DNA of 19,371 nucleotides from the NCBI GenBank assembly GCA_044868695.1, contig JBIOWP010000005.1, positions 1-19,371 on the forward strand. Direction: 5' to 3'. Of this stretch, positions 7,531 to 15,714 are shown piece after piece (positions within the stretch are counted from its first letter, which is position 1; the number at the start of each line of letters is the position of its first letter). The position numbers and the translations under genes were made by a program. Origin of the DNA: a bacterium (GTDB taxonomy: Bacteria; Sysuimicrobiota; Sysuimicrobiia; Sysuimicrobiales; Kaftiobacteriaceae). The notes beneath the pieces are model-generated. The model ran no database searches, was not told the DNA's origin, and saw only the letters and a list, made by a program, of their open reading frames with translations.

Positions 7531-8492
7531 CGCGAGAGCACGGGAACAGGGATGCTGGACAGCAGTCCGTCGATCACGGCATCGGTCGACACCGTCCGGG
7601 ACCGCACCACCAGCCGGTGCGCCAGGACGTGCGGAACGATCCGTTTGATGTCGTCGGGGACGACGAACTCCCGCCCATCGCGCAGGGCCATCGCCTGCGC
7701 CAGACGGACGAGGCCGACCGATGCCCTCGGACTCGCGCCCATGGCCACTTCCGGGTGCACCCGCGTGGCGGCGACAATCTCTGCCGCATATGCCATCAGT
7801 GACCGGTCCACCCGCACCGCCCGAACCTGCAGCTGCCAGCGCAGGACATCGCCCGGCGACACGACCGGGTGGAGGGCATCCAGCGGGTGGGACAGCTGCT
7901 GGCGGGCGATGACCTCAACCTCGTCCTCTAAGGCGGGGTAGCCCAGGGACACCGACACCAGGAAGCGGTCCAGCTGGCCTTCAGGCAGCGGGTAGGTACC
8001 GTGATGTTCCACCGGGTTCAGCGTGGCGATCAGGACGAACGGCTGCGGGAGCGGGTAGGCGATGCCCTCAACGCTCACCTGCCCTTCCCCCATCGCCTCG
8101 AGGAACGCCGCCTGCGTGCGCGGGGTGGCGCGGTTGAGTTCGTCGGCCAGCACAATGTGCGCGAACAACGGTCCGGGCACGAAGCGCAGCGTGCCGCGCC
8201 CGGCGTCGTAGACCATGCCGCCCGTGATATCCGAGGGCAGCAGGTCCGGAGTGGCCTGGACCCGTTTGAACGTCCCGCCGATCGAGCGGGCGAGTGCCCG
8301 CGCCAGGATCGTCTTGCCGACACCGGGCACGTCCTGCAGCAGCAGGTGACCGCCGGCCAGCAGCACCGCCACGGCCAGGTCCAGGGCGCTCCGCTTGCCC
8401 ACGACGACGCGCTCGAGGTTTGTGACCAGTTCCTCAGCGCCGCGGGCCGCCTGCGCTATCGAGGACGGGGCGCCCTGCCCGGAGAGGCTCAT
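7527..8492 (-). CDS. moxR: MoxR-family AAA+ ATPase, 321 aa
   Basis: Walker A DVPGVGKT, TPDLLPSDITG, Walker B VLADELNRA, GTYPLPEGQLDRF, GASPRA, PDDIK. Confidence 0.95.
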   Translation of the reverse strand: MSLSGQGAPSSIAQAARGAEELVTNLERVVVGKRSALDLAVAVLLAGGHLLLQDVPGVGKTILARALARSIGGTFKRVQATPDLLPSDITGGMVYDAGRGTLRFVPGPLFAHIVLADELNRATPRTQAAFLEAMGEGQVSVEGIAYPLPQPFVLIATLNPVEHHGTYPLPEGQLDRFLVSVSLGYPALEDEVEVIARQQLSHPLDALHPVVSPGDVLRWQLQVRAVRVDRSLMAYAAEIVAATRVHPEVAMGASPRASVGLVRLAQAMALRDGREFVVPDDIKRIVPHVLAHRLVVRSRTVSTDAVIDGLLSSIPVPVLSR

Positions 8493-9688
8493 CGTGCCTC
8501 CCGGGCCGTCACGCGCGGCCCGTGACCGGCGGCGCGCGCAACGAAGCCGGCGATTTCTCTGGTGAACCGCTGCTGCGAGAATCGCTCCGCGTGGGCGCGG
8601 ATCGCGCTGCGCTCGAAGCGCATCGCGTCGGCCGCCCGCACCGCAGCCGCCAGCGCCTCGGGTGACTGTTCTTCAAAGAAGAACCCGGTCACACCCGGCA
8701 CAACCGTCTCCAGGGCTCCGCCGCGGCCGTAGGCGATGACCGGCCGCCCGCACGCCTGCGCCTCGACCGGTACCAGGCCGAAATCTTCCTCCCCCGGAAA
8801 TACCAGCGCCCGGCACCGGCGGTAATATCCCCGCAGCACCGCGTCGGACACCTCGCCGACAAACCGGATGTGCGGCCGGGCGTCTGCCTGCAGCCGCGCG
8901 CGCTGCGGTCCGTCGCCGGCGATCACGAGGGGACGGTCCAGACGGTTGAAGGCCTCCACCGCCACGTCCACGCGCTTGTACGGGACCAGGCGCGAAACGA
9001 TCAGGTAGAAATCCTCAGGTTCGCCGGACGGGGTCAGAAAATCCACGTCCACGGGCGGGTAGATCACGGTCGCCCCGCGGCCGTAGTGGCGCTGGATGCG
9101 CGACGCAACGTGCTGCGAATTCGCGACAAACAGATCAACGCGCTGCGCGGCGAGCCGATCGCACCGCCGCAGCCAGGCCAGCATGGCGCGTGCCGCCGGG
9201 CGCGCAATCGCCGGCACCGCCGCGAGGTACTCGTCCCGCAGATCCCAGGCGTAGCGCATCGGGGTATGGCAGTAGCAGATGTGCAGGCCGTCCGGCACGG
9301 CGACGCCGTGGGAGCAGGCGTGGCTGCTGCTGATGACGACGTCGTACCCGCGCAGCACGAGATGGCTGAACGCCAGCGGCATCAGGGGAACCAGCAGGCG
9401 ATGGTGCCGCGCGGCGCCGGGAATTCGCTGGAGCCACGTCGCGCGCACGTCGAGCCCCCGGAATGCGTCGGGCAGGCGGCGCAGGTCGTGGAGTCCCACG
9501 AACACCGGCGCCTGCGGAAACAACTCGTGCAACGACAGGAGCGCGCGGTCCGCGCCGCCCAGCGTGATGAGCCAGTTGTGGACGAGGGCGACCCGCAACG
9601 AACCAGGAAACGAGGGAACGCGGGAACGAGTTACATGCACGCGCTCCATCGGCCGTCGTGATTTTGGTTCGCTGGCGGTGGTAGCCAT
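8489..9688 (-). CDS. Glycosyltransferase family 4 (GT-B), ~399 aa
   Basis: RVALVHNWLITLGGADR, CYCHTPMRYAWD, VSRLVPYKRVD, EEDFGLVPVEAQACG (EX7E). The ATG at 9688 has GAGGGA upstream; the ORF-track start at 9793 lies inside the upstream gene. Confidence 0.92.
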   Translation of the reverse strand: MATTASEPKSRRPMERVHVTRSRVPSFPGSLRVALVHNWLITLGGADRALLSLHELFPQAPVFVGLHDLRRLPDAFRGLDVRATWLQRIPGAARHHRLLVPLMPLAFSHLVLRGYDVVISSSHACSHGVAVPDGLHICYCHTPMRYAWDLRDEYLAAVPAIARPAARAMLAWLRRCDRLAAQRVDLFVANSQHVASRIQRHYGRGATVIYPPVDVDFLTPSGEPEDFYLIVSRLVPYKRVDVAVEAFNRLDRPLVIAGDGPQRARLQADARPHIRFVGEVSDAVLRGYYRRCRALVFPGEEDFGLVPVEAQACGRPVIAYGRGGALETVVPGVTGFFFEEQSPEALAAAVRAADAMRFERSAIRAHAERFSQQRFTREIAGFVARAAGHGPRVTAREAR

Positions 9689-9710
9689 CTCGATCCCTCG
9701 TTCCCGCAGT

Positions 9711-11123
9711 TCAGTAGGCTCCGCGTCCCGCAATGACCGATGGCAGCGTCCGCAGCAGGATCTTGAGGTCGAGCCCGACCGACCAGTGATCAATATAGTA
9801 CATGTCGAGGCTCACGCGATGCGCGTAATCCGGCTCGTGATGGCGCAGCACCTGCCACATGCCGGTCAGACCGGGCCGCACGCACAACAGTCTCCGCTCC
9901 CACGGGCCGTATTTGCGCAGCTCCGCTTCGACGATCGGCCGGGGCCCGACCAGGCTCATCTCCCCCTTGAGCACGTTGAGCAGCTGGGGAAGTTCGTCGA
10001 GGCTTGTCCGCCGCAGCCACCGGCCCATCCGGGTGACCCTGGGATCGTCCACGAGTTTGTACGAAGAGGTAAACCGGTCCCGCAGGCGCGCATCACGGGT
10101 CAGGTGTTCCTCTGCCCGTTGCACCATGGTGCGAAACTTCCACGCGTAGAATGGCACACCGGCCTTACCGATTCGCTTCTGACGATAGAAGACCGGACCA
10201 GGACTGTCCAGCACCACCAGGACCGCGACGATGATGAACAGCGGCAGCGTCACGATCATCCCGATCAGCGCACCCATCAGGTCCGTGGCATCCTTCAGCC
10301 GCCGGCCCCACCCCACGAGCGGGCTGCCGCGCAGCGTGAGCAGCGGGAGTCGGTCCACCAGCTCTACATCCGCGCCCGTGGCGATGAGCGTGTACAGATC
10401 GGGTACGATGGCGAACGGCACGCCGGCCTCCTGGCAGACGGCGGCCACGTGCATCGTCGTCTCCCGCGCCTCGGCCGGAAGAGCGATGATCACACGGTGC
10501 GCGCCGGTGCGGCGGACCGCAGCCAGCACCTCCTCAGGCCGTCCCACCACGGGGAGGTCCTCACAGGATTCCGCGGGGGACGCATCGACGAACGCGATCG
10601 GGCGCTGGCCCAACTCCGGGCGCTCGCGCAGCGCGCGCACAAGTTCCCTGGCTTCGGTGCCGGTGCCGACCATCAAGACGTGGCTGACGTCGATCCCCCG
10701 GGCGCGGACCGCCCGGTGAGCCGCGCGGAGCGCTCCGCGCGCGCCGAGCACCAGAACGATGCTGATGGCCCAGGCAAAGACGATCCATAGGCGGGAGTAG
10801 GAGAACTGCCGGTAGAAGAACGACGCGGCCAGCAGCGCCATCGTGCCCACCGACACGGCGCTGGTCACCCGCAACGCTTCGTCAAAAAATCCGGAGAGCC
10901 GGTCCCGGTACAAACCGTAGGCCGCGAAGGTCGCGATCCACCCGGCGAGCAGGCCGGGCAGGATCGCGAGATACGGACGGGTGGGTGGAGCGTCGGATGC
11001 CGGCACCACCTCCCAGTAGAAGCGCAGGAGGTAGGCGAGCACGAATGCGGCGGCGATCGTGCACGCATCGAGCACGATCGCCAGCAGCACACGAAGTTGT
11101 CGGCGGCGACCCTCGGAGAGCAT
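9711..11123 (-). CDS. Priming polyprenyl-phosphate glycosylphosphotransferase (WcaJ/WbaP-like), 470 aa
   Basis: Four N-terminal TM segments, Rossmann-like VLMVGTG region, one further TM, then the Bac_transf domain: DSPGPVFYRQ, KFRTM, DDPRVT...RTSLDELPQLLNVLKGEMSLVGPRP. Confidence 0.95.
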   Translation of the reverse strand: MLSEGRRRQLRVLLAIVLDACTIAAAFVLAYLLRFYWEVVPASDAPPTRPYLAILPGLLAGWIATFAAYGLYRDRLSGFFDEALRVTSAVSVGTMALLAASFFYRQFSYSRLWIVFAWAISIVLVLGARGALRAAHRAVRARGIDVSHVLMVGTGTEARELVRALRERPELGQRPIAFVDASPAESCEDLPVVGRPEEVLAAVRRTGAHRVIIALPAEARETTMHVAAVCQEAGVPFAIVPDLYTLIATGADVELVDRLPLLTLRGSPLVGWGRRLKDATDLMGALIGMIVTLPLFIIVAVLVVLDSPGPVFYRQKRIGKAGVPFYAWKFRTMVQRAEEHLTRDARLRDRFTSSYKLVDDPRVTRMGRWLRRTSLDELPQLLNVLKGEMSLVGPRPIVEAELRKYGPWERRLLCVRPGLTGMWQVLRHHEPDYAHRVSLDMYYIDHWSVGLDLKILLRTLPSVIAGRGAY

Positions 11124-11190
11124 GGGTTGTCTACCAGACCCATGCCCGACCGCTCTGATGGGTAGTCGGCAGGGAATGACGAGGTGGCGG

Positions 11191-12306
11191 TTAGGACGCC
11201 CGCGTCCTGCGGGCCGCGAGGGCCGCGCGATAGACGGCGACCGTTCCCTCGCCCATCCGGTTCAGGCCGAACGCGCGCTCCACCCGAAGGCGGCCCTGCC
11301 TCCCGAGTGACGCCGCCGCGGGCCGGTCGGCGAGCAAGGTGAGCACCGCCCGCGCCAGCGCGTCCGCGTCACCGGCCGGCGCGGTCACTCCCGTTTCGCC
11401 ATCCAGGACGACCTCGGCAATACTGGGAAGCCGTGTGGCCACGACGGGGCGTGAGGCCGCCATCGCCTCCAGGACGATCAACGGCAATCCCTCCCACCGT
11501 GAGGGCACGACCACGACATCCATCGAACGCAGCAGCGACGGCACGTCGTCCCTGAACCCGGTCAGCACACAGCGGCCGGCCAGGCCCGCGCGGCGAACGG
11601 TGTCCGCCACAGGCTGCCGGAGCGGGCCATCGCCCACGATGAGAAAGTGCGCGTCCGGGATCGCGTCCGATACGAGGCGCGCCATGCGGACGAACGTCAG
11701 AGGATCTTTTTGCGGCACCAGGCGCGCGACCATTCCCACGACCGGCGTCGTCGGAGACAATCCCAGGTCGGTCCGGCAGTCGCGTGCGGCGTCAAACGGC
11801 GTGACGTCGATGCCGTTCGGTACGACAGTACACTGACCCACCGCAATCCTATGCCGGGCCGCGTCGGCCAGGTCGGCGTGGGTCAGACAGATCACCCGGT
11901 CGACATGCGCGCACGTAAACCTCTCCATCCGTGCGAACAGCCACCGGGCCGCCGCCGGCCCGGTGCGATGAAAGGAGAAGGCGTGCGCGGTGTAGATCGC
12001 CGGCCGGATGCCGGCCGCCTTTGCGGCGACCGCGCCGAACAGCCCGGCCCGGCTGCCGTGCAGGTGGAGCACGTCGGGGCCGACCGACCGGAAGAGCCGC
12101 GTGAGCGGCGCCAGCCGGGCGGGACCCAGCGCGCCGACCACGGTGACCGGCACCCCGAGCTGCCGGAGACGCTCGCTTGCGGGACCGTCTCTGCCGGATA
12201 CAACCGCGCTAGTGAATCCCGCGCGCGTCAGCTCGTGCGCCAGCAGGCGGAGATGTTCACCCCCGCCTCCGACCTCCACCGTATTGATGACGTGCAGCAC
12301 CCTCAT
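11191..12306 (-). CDS. Glycosyltransferase family 4 (GT-B), 371 aa
   Basis: MRVLHVINTVEVGGG, YTAH, VVPNGID, VARLVPQKDP, PSRWEGLPLIVLEAMA (EX7E). The ATG at 12306 overlaps the upstream TGA. Confidence 0.92.
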   Translation of the reverse strand: MRVLHVINTVEVGGGGEHLRLLAHELTRAGFTSAVVSGRDGPASERLRQLGVPVTVVGALGPARLAPLTRLFRSVGPDVLHLHGSRAGLFGAVAAKAAGIRPAIYTAHAFSFHRTGPAAARWLFARMERFTCAHVDRVICLTHADLADAARHRIAVGQCTVVPNGIDVTPFDAARDCRTDLGLSPTTPVVGMVARLVPQKDPLTFVRMARLVSDAIPDAHFLIVGDGPLRQPVADTVRRAGLAGRCVLTGFRDDVPSLLRSMDVVVVPSRWEGLPLIVLEAMAASRPVVATRLPSIAEVVLDGETGVTAPAGDADALARAVLTLLADRPAAASLGRQGRLRVERAFGLNRMGEGTVAVYRAALAARRTRAS

Positions 12307-13250
12307 CGGCCCGGCGAGCCGGTCTGCCAGCCGCGTTCGAGGACCTGCCCCAGCCGGTCGCGCCGCAGGAAGATGCGGACGAGGCGCACCAATCCGCGCC
12401 ACGTCCCCCGTACCGTCGCGGGATCCCAGACTTTTCCGAGCAGGGTCACGAACCCCAGGTTCAACCAGAGATAGCAGATCCGGTTGAACGGCGTCTTCAC
12501 GACGCACCGGGAGTAGAACCGCAGCCAGCTGAGGATCCGCAGCTCGCAGAACCGTTCACGACTTAGGCGGCTGGCCGGCGCTTCCTTATGAATCAGTCTC
12601 GCCCCCGGCACCCACCACAGCTCGAACCGCGTGGACACCAACACGGTGAAGTCGCGGTCCTCGCCAAAGCTGTACCCGGAGTACCCCTCATCGAACCGGA
12701 AGGACGCGAACACCTCGCGCCGGAGCGCCAGATCTCCGCCGTGCAGGCGCATCGCGCGCCGCGGCTGGGTCCCCGGGTAGAGGTGAAAGGCCAGCGTGTC
12801 GCGCTCGACGCCGAACGGCCCGCGGTAAAACAGCCAGGACCGGATCCGCTGCAGCCGGGACAGGCTGTCCGGAAGATTGACGATCAGCCCCCCGGCCCCC
12901 CCGATGCGTCGGTCGTGGTCGGCTTCGAAGACACGCATGATCTCGCGCAGATACCCGGGAGACAGCTCCACGTCGTCGTCGAGAAACAACACCACGTCGC
13001 CGTGGGAGAGATCAACCGCGCGGTTACGGGCGTGCGTCAACCCCGCCAGCGCAGGCGCGTGCTCGTAGCGCAACCGGATGCCGCAGGGCTCCACGACGCC
13101 GGCCACAGCCGGCCCAGAGGGATGCGGACTCTGGTCGACGATCACGATCTCCTGCGGCCGCCTGTCCTGCGTCACGGCCGACCGCAGGCAGGCCAGCAGT
13201 TCGGAAGGACGGTTCTTCGTTGGGATGAGCACCGAGAGGCTCAGCATCAC
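12303..13250 (-). CDS. Glycosyltransferase family 2 (GT-A), ~315 aa
   Basis: LSVLIPTKNR, EIVIVDQS, ARNRAV, DxD motif VLFLDDD, FDEGY...GEDRDF. The start is GTG 13250 or ATG 13247. Confidence 0.92.
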   Translation of the reverse strand: MMLSLSVLIPTKNRPSELLACLRSAVTQDRRPQEIVIVDQSPHPSGPAVAGVVEPCGIRLRYEHAPALAGLTHARNRAVDLSHGDVVLFLDDDVELSPGYLREIMRVFEADHDRRIGGAGGLIVNLPDSLSRLQRIRSWLFYRGPFGVERDTLAFHLYPGTQPRRAMRLHGGDLALRREVFASFRFDEGYSGYSFGEDRDFTVLVSTRFELWWVPGARLIHKEAPASRLSRERFCELRILSWLRFYSRCVVKTPFNRICYLWLNLGFVTLLGKVWDPATVRGTWRGLVRLVRIFLRRDRLGQVLERGWQTGSPGR

Positions 13251-14779
13251 GGTTGGCTCCGCCGCCGGAGTACCATCCAGAGCTTCCGCACCTGGACGCG
13301 GTCCTCATCTGGCAAGAACCCGGCCGCGGCCGCAGCGTAGGCACCCAGGACCGCCGCCGTGGTGCCGGCCAGACCAATGGGCCAGGCCGCCGTTCCTCCC
13401 CACGCCCACCGGGCCGCGACGACGCCGGCACCCGCACCGACGAGACCCGCGGCGAGGATGCGCAGCGTGGCCCGGGTGAACGGGACGATCCTCAGGCGCC
13501 TCTGCGCCTGAACAACCATGGCGAGATTGAGACCGGCGATCACCAGCGCGGCGGCGCCGGCCGCCCCCGTGGGGCCATAGCGGGGCACGAGGACGGCGCC
13601 CAGCGCGGCGAGCAGCGCCACCGCCGCCGCGTAGTGCCAGATGACGGTCCTGGCATGCCCGGTGAGCAACAGCAGGTATCCGACGGATCCGGTTCCGGCG
13701 TTGACCATCTGGCCGAGGGCCAGCAGCGTGAGCGCGGGGACGGCGACCTGATACTCGACTCCGAACGCGCGCAGCAACCCGGGCCCCGCAAAGATGAGCA
13801 GCAGACAGACCGGGATGCTCGCCAGGAGCGTCCACCGCGCGGCGCGTTGAAAACTGTCGCGCAGTACGTCACGCTCGGCGCGAGCCCACAGAACGCTGAT
13901 CGCCGGAGCGTAGACCGTATTCACCGCGGCGAGAATGGCCGCGACCAGAAATGCCATGCGTTCAGCGGCCGCGTACAAGCCAAGGGCACTCGCCGTCGAC
14001 TGCCGGCCGAGCTGCCAGACGGGCAGCGATTCGTGCACGCTTTGCAGGATGGCGAGCCCGAGCAACGGCGTCATCAGCACTACCAAATCCCGATCGAGCC
14101 GCCACGTGGGCCGGAGCCATGCGGTCCCGTACGATTCGACGCGCGACACCGCAACGCCGGCGATCCAGGCCGCAGCCGCCGCCGCCCCCGTGAACAGCCA
14201 CGCCACGGTCACCGGGGAACGCATCCCCCACGCCAGCGCGGCAACCAGGGACAGCGTGAACAGCGCCGGCCGGATAATTTGGCCGGGGATGATGGCCGAC
14301 GTGAACGCAAACGCCGCGCGCGAAGCCGCCCCCACCGCCGCCAGCAACACGAGGAACGGCAGTGAGAGCGCCATGGCCGCCAGGAGCCCGCCAGCCCCGT
14401 GATCCCCGAGCGCCGCGGCCAGCGGCGTTCGCCAGATGATGATCGCGATGGCCAGCACCCCCGCCACCGCCGTTGCCGGCCACGCGGCGCCGCCCAGCGT
14501 GACCGCCGCCTGCCCTTCGCGAGTGTCTCGCTTCGGGATGAGGGTCAGCAGCGCGTTGTGCAGCCCACCGGACGCCACCGCGGTTGCCACGGTCACGACG
14601 GACAAGCCGAGCCGGAACAGTCCGAATCCGGATATCCCCAGCAGGCGGGCCGCCATGAGCGCGCTCATCAGGCTCATCGCCGCGGCCCACAGCAGCCCGA
14701 ACAGCGCCAGCGCGGCCGCTCCCGCCATGGTCGGCCCGGCCGGCATCCGGATCGCCGGATCATAGTCGCGCACGGTCAT
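13247..14779 (-). CDS. Wzx-type oligosaccharide flippase (polysaccharide biosynthesis protein, MOP superfamily), ~510 aa
   Basis: Roughly 12-14 hydrophobic segments; ARLLG...FGLF, LGLYAAAER, FGVEY, LVPRYGPTGAA, which are typical of Wzx/RfbX. The ATG at 14779 overlaps the sulfotransferase TGA. Confidence 0.88.
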   Translation of the reverse strand: MTVRDYDPAIRMPAGPTMAGAAALALFGLLWAAAMSLMSALMAARLLGISGFGLFRLGLSVVTVATAVASGGLHNALLTLIPKRDTREGQAAVTLGGAAWPATAVAGVLAIAIIIWRTPLAAALGDHGAGGLLAAMALSLPFLVLLAAVGAASRAAFAFTSAIIPGQIIRPALFTLSLVAALAWGMRSPVTVAWLFTGAAAAAAWIAGVAVSRVESYGTAWLRPTWRLDRDLVVLMTPLLGLAILQSVHESLPVWQLGRQSTASALGLYAAAERMAFLVAAILAAVNTVYAPAISVLWARAERDVLRDSFQRAARWTLLASIPVCLLLIFAGPGLLRAFGVEYQVAVPALTLLALGQMVNAGTGSVGYLLLLTGHARTVIWHYAAAVALLAALGAVLVPRYGPTGAAGAAALVIAGLNLAMVVQAQRRLRIVPFTRATLRILAAGLVGAGAGVVAARWAWGGTAAWPIGLAGTTAAVLGAYAAAAAGFLPDEDRVQVRKLWMVLRRRSQP

Positions 14780-15714
14780 CGCCATGGGTAGCGGTATCGC
14801 AGGAGCAAGGGCCAGGTGAGAAACGTAACCATCCCGCGATGGGCGGCGGGCATCGTGCGGCGCCACTCGTCGTCAACGCGGACGTCGAGCGATCCGCGCT
14901 CGAAGCGCATGGGGTTGCCCGCGACGGTGTGATTGGTCTGCAGGCGCACCGCCCGTCCGTCGATGAAATCCAGCGCCGCGGGTCCGTCGCCCACGTCCCG
15001 CAGGACCGCAGCCAGCGCCTCTCTGGGTCGCTCGGCCAGGTCCTCATACCGGAGCACGGCCGCCCGGCTCGACGCGGCGCGCAGCGCGACGGTCAGCAGG
15101 TTCCACGACACCCACAGGCGCGCGCTGGCCCATGGCGCATACTGCAGCATATATTCGGTCTGCCAGTGGATCTCAGGCCGCTGCCTGCGGCGCCGGTAGG
15201 AAAACGCCACGGCCCGGCTGTCCCGGACGAGGTGCACGACCCGGAGATCAATGGAGGGGATCGCCCTGAGCAGGAATCCGTAGGCCGGGGACTTGGAAGA
15301 ATCCGCAACGATCGCGCACCCGGAAACCTCTGCAATGGCGCGGTACACCGCGGTGAGCGCCTGTCCGTAAGATGCCACGCGGCCGCGGTAGCTCCCGGGC
15401 ATCGCGCCGGAGACCAAATATGGAAGATACCGCGTCCGCAGGACGCTGCGCTGGAGATGGCGCATCTGGGGCACGTTAACCTGGTCCATGCCCCCAAACG
15501 CGCGGGCCATGACCTCCCGCCAGAAGGGACACTCGCGAAATCGGGACCCACAGCCGCACAGCTGATTGTCCCCCATGCCGCGGTCCCAGAGATATTCAAG
15601 CTCCCCGGAGGCGAAGATCCCGGGCACCTGCCCGAGGAGCAGGTCGAGCAGCGTACTGCCCGAGCGCGGGGCCCCGCCGACGTAGATGACCCGGACATCG
15701 CGACTCGCACTCAT
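14776..15714 (-). CDS. PAPS-dependent sulfotransferase, 312 aa
   Basis: 5'-PSB loop GGAPRSGSTLL, DSSK, 3'-PB HLVRDSRAVAFS, LRYEDL. The ATG at 15714 overlaps the upstream TGA; the ORF-track extension to 15987 is inside the upstream gene. Confidence 0.9.
   Translation of the reverse strand: MSASRDVRVIYVGGAPRSGSTLLDLLLGQVPGIFASGELEYLWDRGMGDNQLCGCGSRFRECPFWREVMARAFGGMDQVNVPQMRHLQRSVLRTRYLPYLVSGAMPGSYRGRVASYGQALTAVYRAIAEVSGCAIVADSSKSPAYGFLLRAIPSIDLRVVHLVRDSRAVAFSYRRRRQRPEIHWQTEYMLQYAPWASARLWVSWNLLTVALRAASSRAAVLRYEDLAERPREALAAVLRDVGDGPAALDFIDGRAVRLQTNHTVAGNPMRFERGSLDVRVDDEWRRTMPAAHRGMVTFLTWPLLLRYRYPWR

Noticed and set aside
9279..10790. 503-aa + strand ORF, and similar long + strand ORFs at 13253-14365, 14839-15750 and 16707-17897
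   Set aside because: Antisense shadows of well-supported minus-strand genes; no domain signatures.
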